This document shows, in pieces, positions 10,101 to 17,700 of a stretch of DNA of 32,000 bases. Position 1 is the first letter of the stretch, and each line of letters begins with the position of its first letter. The notes below the pieces were generated by a model that saw only the letters and a program-made list of their open reading frames with translations, was not told the origin of the DNA and ran no database searches. Source of the stretch: Acaryochloris thomasi RCC1774 (GTDB lineage: Bacteria > Cyanobacteriota > Cyanobacteriia > Thermosynechococcales > Thermosynechococcaceae). Position numbers and translations under genes: made by a program. The stretch spans positions 30,001-62,000 of the forward strand of contig NZ_PQWO01000006.1 of the NCBI RefSeq assembly GCF_003231495.1. The letters run 5' to 3'.

Positions 10101-12732
10101 TGTGAATTGCCACTAGCGACGTTGAGCAAGCCGTTTGCACATTGACGCTCGGCCCTCTGAGATTGAGCTTGTAGGAAACCCGCGTCGCCAGATAGTCCTT
10201 ATCATTAGCCACCGTCATCTGAAAGCCACCCATTGAACTCAGATTCAGCATCTGCATGGGGTCGTGATTATCCAAACGATGGCGGTTGGGATAAACATTG
10301 TTGAGCAAAAAAGTATTCATTGACGCCCCGGCATAGAGCGCAATCGAGCCGTCATAGCACCAAGGATCGTATCCTGCATCCTCTAGACTCTCCCAGGCAC
10401 ACTCTAATAAGAGGCGCTGCTGGGGATCGATTAGCTCTGCCTCCTTGGGGGTATAGCTAAAAAAGTTCGCATCGAAGGTCTCTATCTCACCCAAGATTGG
10501 ACTGGCCTTTACGTAGTCCGATCGCTGTAAAAGTTGTGGATCAACACCTGAAGCTAAGATTTCTTCGTCTGTAAAAAAAGTGATGGACTCAACGCCATCG
10601 CAAAGATTCTGCCAAAACTGCTCCTGGTTTTCTGCCCCCGGAAATCGACAGGAGAGTCCTACTACAGCAATCTCTGTGACCTGTTTCTGCCTTCGTTTTT
10701 TACCTCGTGCTTGGGCCTGCTCTAGCGCTAAATCATTCGACTGACTCTGACTGAGGTATTGAGCTAAAGCATCAATAGTGGGGTACTGAAATAGCTCCAC
10801 GACCGATAGATCGACCTGCAAACGGTTCTGAACCTGATGCAGTACCTGCACCAGCAGCAGCGATGTTCCACCCAGCTCAAAAAAGTTATCGTGGATGCCA
10901 ATTTGCGTTGGCCCTTGGTCGGCCTTCGGGCCTCGCTGCAGCACGCCTTGCCAAATCTCAGCCAACTGCCGCTCAACCTGATTGCGAGGTCTTTGCAGCT
11001 CTGAAAGATCGCCCAACAGCTCCGTGACTTTATTGATCTGAATAGTGAACGCACCGGCTTGAAACTTTGCCCTCAACTGCTGGTGCTGGATTTTACCCAC
11101 TGACGTTTTGGGAATTTCTTCAGGTGCCACTGGGATTAGATAATCGGGGCTTATTCCTAGTTCTAAGCTTAGGGTTCTGCGAATTTGCTTGAGCAAAAGT
11201 GCCAGATCTTGACCCGAGGATGACTCAGGATGAAAGAAAAGAGCCAACTGTTCAGCGCCCTCACCTGCACTGCTGACGGCACAGGCTGCGGTATAGGACA
11301 CCGCTACCCCCTTTAGGTCTTCAACGGCAGCCTCGATTTCATGGGCGTAGTGGTTGATGCCATTGATCACAATCACGTCTTTTTCGCGCCCTGTGATGGT
11401 CAAACGCCCCTGCTTTAAAAACCCCAGGTCGCCGGTTCTAAACCATCCGTCTGAGGTGAAAATTTCCCGATTCAAATCGGGCTGCTGATAATACCCCGCC
11501 GTCACCGTGAGTCCCTGTACCTGCAGCGCCCCAATCTGTCCTTCTATCACTACCTGATCTTGGTGATCCACGATTCGTACCGAGACCCCAGGGATAGGTG
11601 AACCCACCTCTACGAGAGTATCTGTACTCGGTGCAAACTGATGGGAATGGACAATCCCAGAGCAGGTCTCCGTCATACCGTAGCCCGGACTCACCGCTGT
11701 CTGAGTTAAGCTGTGGGGCTTCAGCAGCTCAAGGAACCGCTGGGTCGTTTTGCCCACCACGGCCTCCGCCCCATTGCCCATCCAGCGCATAGAGGACAAA
11801 TCCCACTGTCGCTGTTGAATTTGGTCAGCCTGGTCATTAATCAAGCCATAGGCGAAATTGGGTGCCCAGGTCGCAGTGGCCCGGAACTGCTCAATGCAGT
11901 CTAGCCATCTCAGCGGATTTTGCAGAACCCATTCATTGGCGACCTGAACCTGCTGACACCCTAGAAAGACTTCGGTGAGATGAAACATTACTAGGCTGGC
12001 CACGTGCTCTAGCGGCATCCAGTTGAGGGTAATATCTGCTGCCGATAAGCTATTCGCTGCAGCCATACCAGCAGCGCTCACCAGCAGGTTCTCAGTTGAG
12101 AGCATGACCCCTTTCGGCATACCCGTGCTGCCTGAAGTCATCAGAATTAGAGCAGGATCCTGATGATGCTCTGTGGCCCACTGTCGATCGGGTGGACCGT
12201 CGCGGAGGTTTTCAATCGCCGCAACGGCAATAGACGGAGAATGACCCATCGTAGAGACATCCCGCCTATGTTCGTCACAAAACCTTTGTATTGGTTGCTG
12301 AAGCGCCTGATTTGTCAGAACAATTGGCGCGCTGAGTAGCTGCTGAGTCTGTAGAAGCTGACTGGCTTTGCGGCTGGGGACATCATAGCTCGGAGCCACC
12401 GATAAAGGCACCGGTACGAATCCACCCAGAAAGCAGCCCCACAAAGCCTCGACAAAGGATTGATTGCGGGTCGCTTGCAGAATGATTTTGTCCTGAGGCT
12501 GGGCACCTAAGGTTCTTAGACCATGCAATACCCGCTCAGCACGCGCTAATACCTCAGCATAGGAAGACTCTAAGAGGTTGCCCTGAGCCTCTATATAGAT
12601 AAGCCCCGCAGTTGTTTGAGCCGCCTGCTCCAGTACTGCTGCTAGTGACCGGTGGGCAGATATCTCAGGAGAGATAGCGTCTCCATGGCTAATCGCCAGT
12701 CGCGGTTCATTGACGGGGGGGGTGTGGGTCAT
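4117..12732 (-). CDS. Type I PKS, loading plus module 1: FAAL-type acyl-AMP ligase, CP, KS, AT, DH, ER, KR, ACP
   Basis: An uninterrupted 2871-aa ORF. Ligase: LILMTSGSTGMPKGV, PGYGMTET, WFRTGDLG, GREKDVIVINGINHYAHEIE, PKTSVGKIQ. Carrier protein: FFELGGTSL (Ser624). KS: QTACSTSLVA (Cys869), EAHGTGT, KTNVGHL. AT: FLFTGQGSQY, GHSIGE (Ser1334), HGFH. DH: HQVNTTAIFP, LLDACCQ. ER: LIHSAAGGVGQAAVQ. KR: ITGGLGDLG, HAAGILDDG, NYAAANA. ACP: LGLDSLT (Ser2786). About 40-45 aa follow the ACP core as a C-terminal tail. Confidence 0.95.
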   Translation of the reverse strand: MTHTPPVNEPRLAISHGDAISPEISAHRSLAAVLEQAAQTTAGLIYIEAQGNLLESSYAEVLARAERVLHGLRTLGAQPQDKIILQATRNQSFVEALWGCFLGGFVPVPLSVAPSYDVPSRKASQLLQTQQLLSAPIVLTNQALQQPIQRFCDEHRRDVSTMGHSPSIAVAAIENLRDGPPDRQWATEHHQDPALILMTSGSTGMPKGVMLSTENLLVSAAGMAAANSLSAADITLNWMPLEHVASLVMFHLTEVFLGCQQVQVANEWVLQNPLRWLDCIEQFRATATWAPNFAYGLINDQADQIQQRQWDLSSMRWMGNGAEAVVGKTTQRFLELLKPHSLTQTAVSPGYGMTETCSGIVHSHQFAPSTDTLVEVGSPIPGVSVRIVDHQDQVVIEGQIGALQVQGLTVTAGYYQQPDLNREIFTSDGWFRTGDLGFLKQGRLTITGREKDVIVINGINHYAHEIEAAVEDLKGVAVSYTAACAVSSAGEGAEQLALFFHPESSSGQDLALLLKQIRRTLSLELGISPDYLIPVAPEEIPKTSVGKIQHQQLRAKFQAGAFTIQINKVTELLGDLSELQRPRNQVERQLAEIWQGVLQRGPKADQGPTQIGIHDNFFELGGTSLLLVQVLHQVQNRLQVDLSVVELFQYPTIDALAQYLSQSQSNDLALEQAQARGKKRRQKQVTEIAVVGLSCRFPGAENQEQFWQNLCDGVESITFFTDEEILASGVDPQLLQRSDYVKASPILGEIETFDANFFSYTPKEAELIDPQQRLLLECAWESLEDAGYDPWCYDGSIALYAGASMNTFLLNNVYPNRHRLDNHDPMQMLNLSSMGGFQMTVANDKDYLATRVSYKLNLRGPSVNVQTACSTSLVAIHMASQSLLNGECDMALAGGVSVHAPQKMGHLYQEGMILSPDGHCRAFDAQAQGTLFGSGAGLVVLKKLEDAIASRDNIYAVIKGSALGNDGGQKMGYLAPQAEGQTVVAAEAMAVAEVAPASIGYVEAHGTGTELGDPIEISALTRAFSTQQRQFCAIGSVKTNVGHLNIASGIVGFIKTTLAVQRQKIPPSLHFETPNPRIDFEHSPFFVNTKLRDWPERSAPRRAGINSLGIGGSNVHAILEEVPVTQRSPTIERPVHLFTLSAKTEQALKELAQRSVDDFRNHPELSLGDVCFTRNVGRAHFEWRVALIVDQSETLATSSLVDLTTKLEDWLSNPQASNLYQGKVSPKNTSAKIAFLFTGQGSQYLDMGRDLYETQPVFRQALEDCNTILRPLLERPLLDLLYPETPLEVQEEETPKSLLDQTAYTQPALFALEYALSQLWQSWGIQPTAVMGHSIGEYVAACVAGVFSLEDALKLVAARGRLMQALPANGGMVSVVADEATVNQFLDHERSEVAITEGRPLAIAAVNGPESLVLSGERTAVEQVAEKLTAQGIKTTCLNVSHGFHSPLMEPVLAEFEQIAQQITYHPPQIELISNLTGKRIGDAISTPIYWCRHIQQPVQFAASMKTLTQSGHNIYLECGPKPTLLGMGRALLEKPHNSDLNSDALYLPSLCFQKNDWETILHSLGQLYIRGVAINWENVDQGFEHYRVSLPTYPFQRQRYWLDPPPAQALLRTTARHPLLGQKISTPLQQILYQAQISPEQSSYLQDHQVNTTAIFPGAAFLEIALAAGVESPNLDLPLTVQTVAMEQALPLIGTVNVQTILQQTETGLTFEIFSQNSRADAAWQRHCTGSISQTTPLSEPVIDLEDLRRQFPQERAVSSHYQACQTRSLNYGPQFQAITKLWIKPSAALAKVQLPTALSASNYCLHPVLLDACCQAIFAALPESDTSTLLPIGLDSLTLHCPASDCLWSHVQLHSVAETVTADLMLYRPDGQRVATVTGLTAKRTNLQAVLGMEPQAWQNWLYQVDWREQSGQLEPTVMEPGQWLIFADQGGVGQRLAHQLAQRQQHVILVSPDPQESGSVHQLDPQDPQALRHLLETLQSLPLTLQGVIHLWSLDAVNAEKDDAAISATIQQNCGSALHLIQRLLQAPSRLWLVTRGTQRVNDERLDCSALSQAPLWGLTKTLMLEHPEFPAAVIDLAPQPTVDEHQALWSEILISEPEVQVALRGDQRFVARLAPVTVESAHRQQKQTLQASVSSQLVIPERGTLENLRWQPQTRRRPQAGEVEIRVRATGLNFRDVLNVLDLYPGNPGPLGLECAGDIIAIGAGVSGHQIGDSVVAIATPAFSQHATTSIFAPKPTSLSYAEAATIPVAFMTAHYALNHLAKIGPNDRILIHSAAGGVGQAAVQIAQQAGAEIFATASEGKWEWLRSQGIQHIFNSRTLDFAEEIQAITGKEGVTITLNSLTGKFIPHSLSITSDHFLEIGKQGIWKPKNVCKNWPHLTYSIVDLMQTMEKEPEQVQSLIKAVMEQFQAGELKPLPYKSFSAAKVVNAFRYMQQAKHIGKVVVEQAATPVVPKQSKNPLAQLATGSVLITGGLGDLGLLVAQWLADQGARHLILVGRRSPSPKAQTQILQLEKSGVQVQVMQADISQRNDVTRLLDPYHRATASKVNSTNVAPKTHVNNSHPQATPPLRGIIHAAGILDDGMLQTLNWEEFESVLKAKVNGAWTLHQLTADLDLDFFVLFSSAASLLGSAGQANYAAANAALDTLAQARQSAGLPALSINWGPWEQLGLANHINAGFQGMDRIEPQIGLAVLDHLLRQSWAQAGVLPIHQSQWTVPTGMSDFWSELAVKQPADWLEALRGACDRKSLLFQYLRSEVARLLGRDASALNDPETGFTDLGLDSLTTVEFRNRLQTALSCSLSSTILYDYPTLPLLTEYLMHQIFPADSSVKPASTNLYSTSLNKLSEADAETLLLLQLEQLDSNFRKN
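4243..4485 (-). other. PKS1 domain: ACP
   Basis: The sequence is GFTDLGLDSLTTVEFRNRL, with Ser2786 encoded at 4375-4377. Confidence 0.85.
4693..5331 (-). other. PKS1 domain: ketoreductase (KR) catalytic subdomain, B-type (LDD)
   Basis: It has VLITGGLGDLG (Rossmann), HAAGILDDG (LDD motif) and SSAASLLGSAGQANYAAANA (catalytic Tyr2640). It carries a loop about 25 aa longer than usual before HAAG. Confidence 0.85.
5389..6315 (-). other. PKS1 domain: enoylreductase (ER)
   Basis: It has GEVEIRVRATGLNFRDV, the NADPH motif LIHSAAGGVGQAAVQIAQ, and ends at KHIGKVVV. Confidence 0.85.
7063..7887 (-). other. PKS1 domain: dehydratase (DH)
   Basis: It has HPLLGQ, the catalytic His in LQDHQVNTTAIFPGA (His1649 at 7786-7788), YGPQFQ and LLDACCQ. 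Confidence 0.8.
8143..9042 (-). other. PKS1 domain: acyltransferase (AT), probably malonyl-specific
   Basis: It has FLFTGQGSQY, GHSIGE (Ser1334 at 8731-8733) and HGFH in place of the malonyl HAFH or methylmalonyl YASH signatures. Confidence 0.85.
9370..10671 (-). other. PKS1 domain: ketosynthase (KS)
   Basis: It runs from IAVVGLSCRFPGA to GGSNVHAILEE. The active-site Cys869 is encoded at 10126-10128, and both His motifs are present. Confidence 0.9.
10765..11001 (-). other. PKS1 domain: loading carrier protein (PCP-like GGxS motif)
   Basis: The sequence is IHDNFFELGGTSLLLVQV, with the predicted phosphopantetheine Ser624 encoded at 10861-10863. Confidence 0.8.
11053..12645 (-). other. PKS1 domain: ANL-superfamily fatty acyl-AMP ligase (FAAL-like) loading domain
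   Basis: Residues about 30-560. The core motifs are of the acyl-ligase/FAAL type (YGMTE, GRxKDxIxxxGxNxYxxxIE, PKTSxGKIQ), not the NRPS amino-acid type (NxYGPTE, NGKxDR). Boundaries are approximate. Confidence 0.75.
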
Positions 12733-12905
12733 GGTCTACTTTACTGCGATAATCCTGCTCGGACTGTCGTGGAATGGCCTGTAGAGTCGTAAAGATCTCT
12801 GAGCTGAGGTTTTGCCGACAACACCGGACCCAATGTAACCTGCTGGATGGTGCTGACGATAGATTGAGCGAACCCGTTGCTTTCTTTTCCACTGGGAACA
12901 GAGCT

Positions 12906-12919
12906 GCTTTATATAAAGC
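12906..12919. promoter_or_regulatory. Perfect 14-bp palindrome in the divergent PKS control region (candidate operator or -10-like element)
   Basis: GCTTTATATAAAGC equals its own reverse complement. It lies about 175-185 nt upstream of the PKS1 start codon. Its function is not established. Confidence 0.2.
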
Positions 12920-13408
12920 TCGGACGCTGCCGTCGATGCTTGAGTTCATTCTTTTCGTGAAAGCGCTTGATAATTTGCCTTTAACCTTGACAGAGCATCG
13001 CCATTTTAGAAGAATGACGGTAGTTTGCTCCTGCTTGTAGGCTATCCAAACTCCCGAGGCAGATTTTCCCTCGCTGCGGTTTGCTGACAGAGTCTTCTAC
13101 CCACTTGGTGACTAGAATCATTGTGATGAGTGATGGGAATCATCATGATGTCAACAATAGTTTGTCAAAATAAGCTCAAGGGGTGAGTAAAAATCTGAGT
13201 TGCTAGATGTTTTGCCAACAATTAAGTCCCTTGGCTTGTCCAATTTAATCGAGCGAAGTTCTACTTCTCGAGGAGTCTAAAAAGTGCGCTATTGTCCTAT
13301 TATTCTGCGGCCAATGTTTCTTTTGAGACTTGCAAGCTGTTCTCAATAAACATATTTGGGGAACTTATACTAAGCAAGCAATGACACTAATATATGTCTA
13401 TTGTCCTC

Positions 13409-13436
13409 TTGAATGGCCTCGCCTGTGCACTAGAAT
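13409..13436 (+). promoter_or_regulatory. Candidate sigma70-type promoter for the IPMS-like gene and PKS2
   Basis: TTGAAT (13409-13414), a 16-nt spacer, then TAGAAT (13431-13436). The -10 ends 56 nt upstream of the ATG at 13493. This is a by-eye match only. Confidence 0.35.
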
Positions 13437-13492
13437 AGCTTTAATTTTATTTTCTGATAGTTTATTCGAGATTTAATTAATTACCCCCCCCT

Positions 13493-14662
13493 ATGGAGAC
13501 GATAAAACTACGGGTATCTGACGAAACATTGCGGGATGGTGTCCAGCAAGTTGGCTTGTTCCTCGAGGACGATGCTAAGCGGGTATTGGCTCATCTCATT
13601 GCTCAGACTGGCGTACACCAGATTGCCTTGATGCCTGCAGTTCATGAAAGTGAGGCCGTTCTGGTGCGTGGGTTGGCTGCGGAAGGGCTCCACCGTCAGG
13701 TGGTGGCTTCAACCATGATGGACCGTCAATATATTGATCAGGCAAAAGCCTGTGGTGTTCGGCAAATTATTCTCTTCCATGCTGTTTCCGATCGGCTGCT
13801 GTGTTTGCGGGAACCCAATGTTCAAGCTCAGCCCATAGGTGCAGAGGCAGCTTGCTCTAAGGCCTTAACTGAAAGAGTGCGCTCTCGGATGCTTGAGAAA
13901 GTTGTCGAAAATCTACAGTATGCGACCAGTATCGGCCTAAAAATCAGCTTTGCGGCTGAAGATGCAAGTCGAGCTGACTTTGATTTTTTAGTTGAATGTA
14001 TAAATGTCTTTCAGCCTTATATTGACTGCTTTTTTCTTTGCGATACCGTGGGTGTCCTCACGCCAGAAAAAACCTATATCTGGGTTCAGGATCTGCTGCA
14101 GTGTACCCATCAGCCTTTTTTGTCGGTGCATTTTCATAACGATATGGGGCTAGCGCTAGAGAACACCATTCAGGCCGTGTATGCCGGAGCCATGGGTATT
14201 TCAGGTACCTTTAGCGGTGTCGGAGAACGAGCTGGCAATGTGGCTTTAGAGCAGGTGCTCCACGGATTGAGGGCTAGGTTTGGTTGGGAGGTAGCAGGAA
14301 TTGACTATGAGGCTTTGCCTGAGGTGGTCGATTATCTGACGCAGAAAGGGATTCGAGCAAACCCGCCCTATTCTCGGCAGGCGCGCCAGTTTGAGACGGG
14401 GATTCACGTCAATTCTCTGATTCGCGATCGCAACAGCTACGCTGTGTTCCCCCATGCTGAGCCTGATATCTGGTTTGGCAGATGTAGCGGTGCCAGTAAC
14501 TTCCGTTATTTGTTTGAGACCCATCTGCAGCAATCCTTGACCCAAGCACAGTACGAGCAACTGCGGTCAGCGATTAAGGCCCTCTCTACTGAGAGAAAGC
14601 GGTCTTTCTCGACCGCCGAAGTTTTAGAGTTGCTAGACCAGGGAATTCTTAGAGTCTTTTAG
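13493..14662 (+). CDS. DRE-TIM metallolyase of the 2-isopropylmalate / homocitrate / citramalate synthase family (LeuA/NifV/CimA-like, short form)
   Basis: It has TLRDGVQQ (RDGxQ metal/substrate motif), AAEDASRAD, LCDTVGVLTP, HFHNDMGLALENTIQAVYAGA (HxH metal ligands), GVGERAGNVALEQV and ETGIHVNS. At 389 aa it lacks a LeuA-type C-terminal regulatory domain. It ends 92 bp upstream of PKS2 on the same strand. Confidence 0.8.
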   Translation: METIKLRVSDETLRDGVQQVGLFLEDDAKRVLAHLIAQTGVHQIALMPAVHESEAVLVRGLAAEGLHRQVVASTMMDRQYIDQAKACGVRQIILFHAVSDRLLCLREPNVQAQPIGAEAACSKALTERVRSRMLEKVVENLQYATSIGLKISFAAEDASRADFDFLVECINVFQPYIDCFFLCDTVGVLTPEKTYIWVQDLLQCTHQPFLSVHFHNDMGLALENTIQAVYAGAMGISGTFSGVGERAGNVALEQVLHGLRARFGWEVAGIDYEALPEVVDYLTQKGIRANPPYSRQARQFETGIHVNSLIRDRNSYAVFPHAEPDIWFGRCSGASNFRYLFETHLQQSLTQAQYEQLRSAIKALSTERKRSFSTAEVLELLDQGILRVF

Positions 14663-14754
14663 GTCGCTTACTGTTCAATGTCCTTTGACCCTAAGATAAG
14701 GCTGTCCCCGGCGTTTAGCTCCGCTCAGTACCGTTTGAAGATTTTTAGGCAACC

Positions 14755-17700
14755 ATGACCCTGGACTCCATTGCGATTGTTGGCATCGGTTGTAAATTTC
14801 CGGGGGCGGAAGGGCCGCAAGCATTTTGGAAGCTTCTGCGCGATGGGGTAGATGCGATTACCGACATCCCTAACTCTCGGTGGGACGCTGATCGGTTCTA
14901 TGATCCAGACCCCGGCGCGCCTAATAAAGCGAATACCCGCTGGGGAGGCTTCTTGGAGGGCATTGATCGCTTCGACCCTCAGTTTTTTGGCATTGCCCCC
15001 CGCGAAGTCGCCAGTATGGATCCGCAGCAGCGACTGCTGCTGGAGGTCACCTGGGAAGCCCTGGAAGATGCGGGGCAAATTCCCGAACATCTCCGAGGAT
15101 CTAGGACCGGGGTATTCATTGGGGTCGGGACTCACGATTACTCCATCATGATGTGGCAGGATCCGGTGAATGATCCCTACGCCACGACGGGGACGGGCAA
15201 CTGTATTGCGGCCAATCGAATTTCCTATGTTTACGACCTAAAGGGCCCTAGTTTAGCGATTGATACGGCCTGCTCATCGTCTCTGGTAGCAGTGCATTTG
15301 GCCTGTCAGAGCATCTGGACGGGAGAGTCGAGTCAGGCGCTGGCGGGGGGCGTGAATGTCCTGCTGTTGCCCACCGTGACGGCGGGATTCTCAAAGGGGG
15401 GCTTTATGGCCCCTGATGGTCGCTGTAAGAGCTTTGATGCTAAGGCCGATGGCTACGTTCGCAGTGAAGGGGCGGGGATTGTGCTTCTGAAGCCGCTGGC
15501 CCAAGCGCAGGCAGATGGTGACCCGGTCTATGCGGTGATCAAGGGAAGTGCCGTCAATCAGGATGGATTTAGTAACGGGATGGCGGCTCCAAATCCCAAG
15601 GCGCAGGCAGTGGTGTTGCGTCAGGCATACCAGCAGGCAGGCGTGTCGCCGGGGCAGGTGCAGTACGTCGAGGCCCACGGCACGGGCACTAAGATTGGTG
15701 ACCCGGTGGAAATGGAGGCTCTGGGCGAGGTGCTGGTTGAGGGACGATCGGCAGGGGATGAATGTGCGATCGCATCGGTCAAAACCAACATTGGCCATGC
15801 CGAAACGGCAGCGGGCATCGCCGGATTAATTAAAGCTGCACTCTGTATAAAAGAGCGGAAACTCCCGGCAAACCTACATTTTGAGACCCCCAACCCCGCC
15901 ATCGACTTTGAGCATCTTCCCTTCTATGTACAAAAAACGCTCACCCCTTGGCCCACAACAGCACCGGCCCTAGCGGGCGTCAATTCCTTTGGCTTTGGTG
16001 GCACTAATGCCCATGTCGTCGTCGCGGAGGCTCCCGGAAAAACAGCAGCAGCACCGGCTGCATTACAAGCCCATCACGTTTTTACCTGCTCGGCAAAAAA
16101 TAAAGCGGCCCTCAACGATCTGGCGCAACACTATCTAAACTTTTTAGCACAGCAGTCTGATCTTGATCTCAATGATTTGTGTGGAACTGCCAATCTACGA
16201 CGGACAAGCTTCTCGCATCGATTTGCGATCGCAGCCGACTCACTCACGCAGCTGCAAGACTTCCTCTCGGATTTTCTGGCTGGCGAAGATCATTCCAATA
16301 TTCATAAAAGCATCGCTAGTCAGGATTTGACGCTCGCTTTCCTGTTCACAGGCCAAGGATCTCAGTACGAAGGCATGGGGCAAGCGCTTTATGAGACGCA
16401 GCCCGTCTTCCGAGATGTGCTGGATCGGTGCGACAAAGTCCTACGCTCTGAGCTAGAGATTCCACTACTCGACGTTCTCTATCCATCCCAGAAAAGCGAG
16501 GATTCTCCTTTAAACCAAACGGCTTATACTCAGCCCGCGCTGTTTGCTATTGAGTACGCGCTTTACCAGCTTTGGCAATCTTGGGGCATCCATCCCGCTG
16601 CCGTTACCGGGCACAGCGTTGGTGAATACGTCGCCGCCTGCGTTGCGGGGGTCTTCAGTCTTGAAGATGGTTTGAGGCTGATTGCCGCGCGAGGACGGTT
16701 GATGCAGGTATTGCCGAGCGGCGGTGCCATGGTGGCGGTGGCGGCGAGTGAATCACAGATTAAGGATCTTCTGCCTGCTGCTGTGACGATTGCTGCTATC
16801 AATGGGCCGCAAAGCTTGGTGTTGTCTGGGGAGGGAGATGCGATCGCAACTCTAACCCAAGCCCTGATCGATGCAGGCTTCAAAACCGACGTACTTCAGG
16901 TCTCCCACGCTTTTCACTCAGCGCTGATGGAGCCGATGCTAGATGAATTTAAACAGATTGCCCAGCAAGTCACCTATCACACGCCCCAAATTCCGCTGGT
17001 GTCGAATCTAACGGGTGCGTTGGTCACCGACGAAATCGCCACGCCTGACTACTGGTGTCGCCACGTTCGAGAGCCAGTCCGGTTCCAAGCCGGTATGGAA
17101 ACTCTGTACCAGTTAGGATATCGCACCTTTGTAGAAATGGGGCCAAAGCCAATCCTCTGCGGCATGGGTCATAATTGCCTGCCTCGGCCCGAAAATAATT
17201 GGCTACCGAGCTTGAGGCTCGGACACCCCGCTCAGCTTTGGCGCAGTGTGGGACAGCTTTATACCCTGGGTGCCTCAGTTGATTGGTCCCAGCTTTATCC
17301 CAGCTATCAATATGTTCATCTGCCGACCTACCCCTTTCAGCGGCAGCGTTTTTGGTGGGACGTTGCGGAGCTGCCGGGGATGCGATTACCGAAGGTAGGC
17401 CAGGGGCCATCGCAACCTTGGTCTCTCAATGGTCATACTTCCAAGGCTCATCCCCTATTGGGCGCAAGGCTGCATTTAGCCGGTTCTGCTGAGATCAGAT
17501 TTCAGGCTCTAATCAGTGCTGAGAGTCCAGCCTATCTGAGCGATCATTGTTTGCTGGATCAAGTTGTCCTCCCTGCTACTGCTTATATTGAGATGGCGTT
17601 GGCTGCGGCACGGCAGCTCTATGATCACGATGCGCTCATCCTGGAATCATTCACCATTGAGCAACCTTTATTACTGACTGAGGCTTGCACGCTGCAGTGC

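Noticed and set aside
11053-12645. The possibility that the PKS1 loading domain is an NRPS amino-acid adenylation domain, given its PCP-like GGTS carrier.
   Set aside because: The core motifs read as acyl-AMP ligase type (YGMTE, GREKDxIxxxGxNxYxxEIE, PKTSVGKIQ). They do not match the NRPS A5, A8 or A10 consensus. The exact substrate is still unknown.
12707-13040. Two ORFs (80 aa minus strand, 88 aa plus strand) in the PKS divergent spacer.
   Set aside because: They overlap each other and the PKS1 start. Their sequences are Cys/Arg/Ser-rich and not protein-like, and I saw no RBS. They are more likely non-coding promoter or leader DNA.
13113-13118. A second TAGAAT hexamer as a promoter -10 in the PKS spacer.
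   Set aside because: There is no acceptable -35 hexamer at 16-18 nt spacing, and it lies about 375 nt from the nearest plus-strand start codon. It is mentioned only as part of the spacer description.
12715-13491. The idea that the G8 and C8 tracts are inverted repeats of an invertible promoter switch (inverton).
   Set aside because: The complementarity is limited to the 8-nt homopolymers, and the flanking bases do not match. No recombinase or invertase gene lies nearby. I kept only the slipped-strand hypothesis, at modest interest.
13520-13537. Val in place of Glu in the RDGxQ motif (TLRDGVQQ) of the IPMS-like enzyme as a sign of inactivation.
   Set aside because: That position varies within the DRE-TIM family: Asn in some LeuA enzymes and Leu in HMG-CoA lyases. 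The metal-binding Asp and the HxH pair are present.
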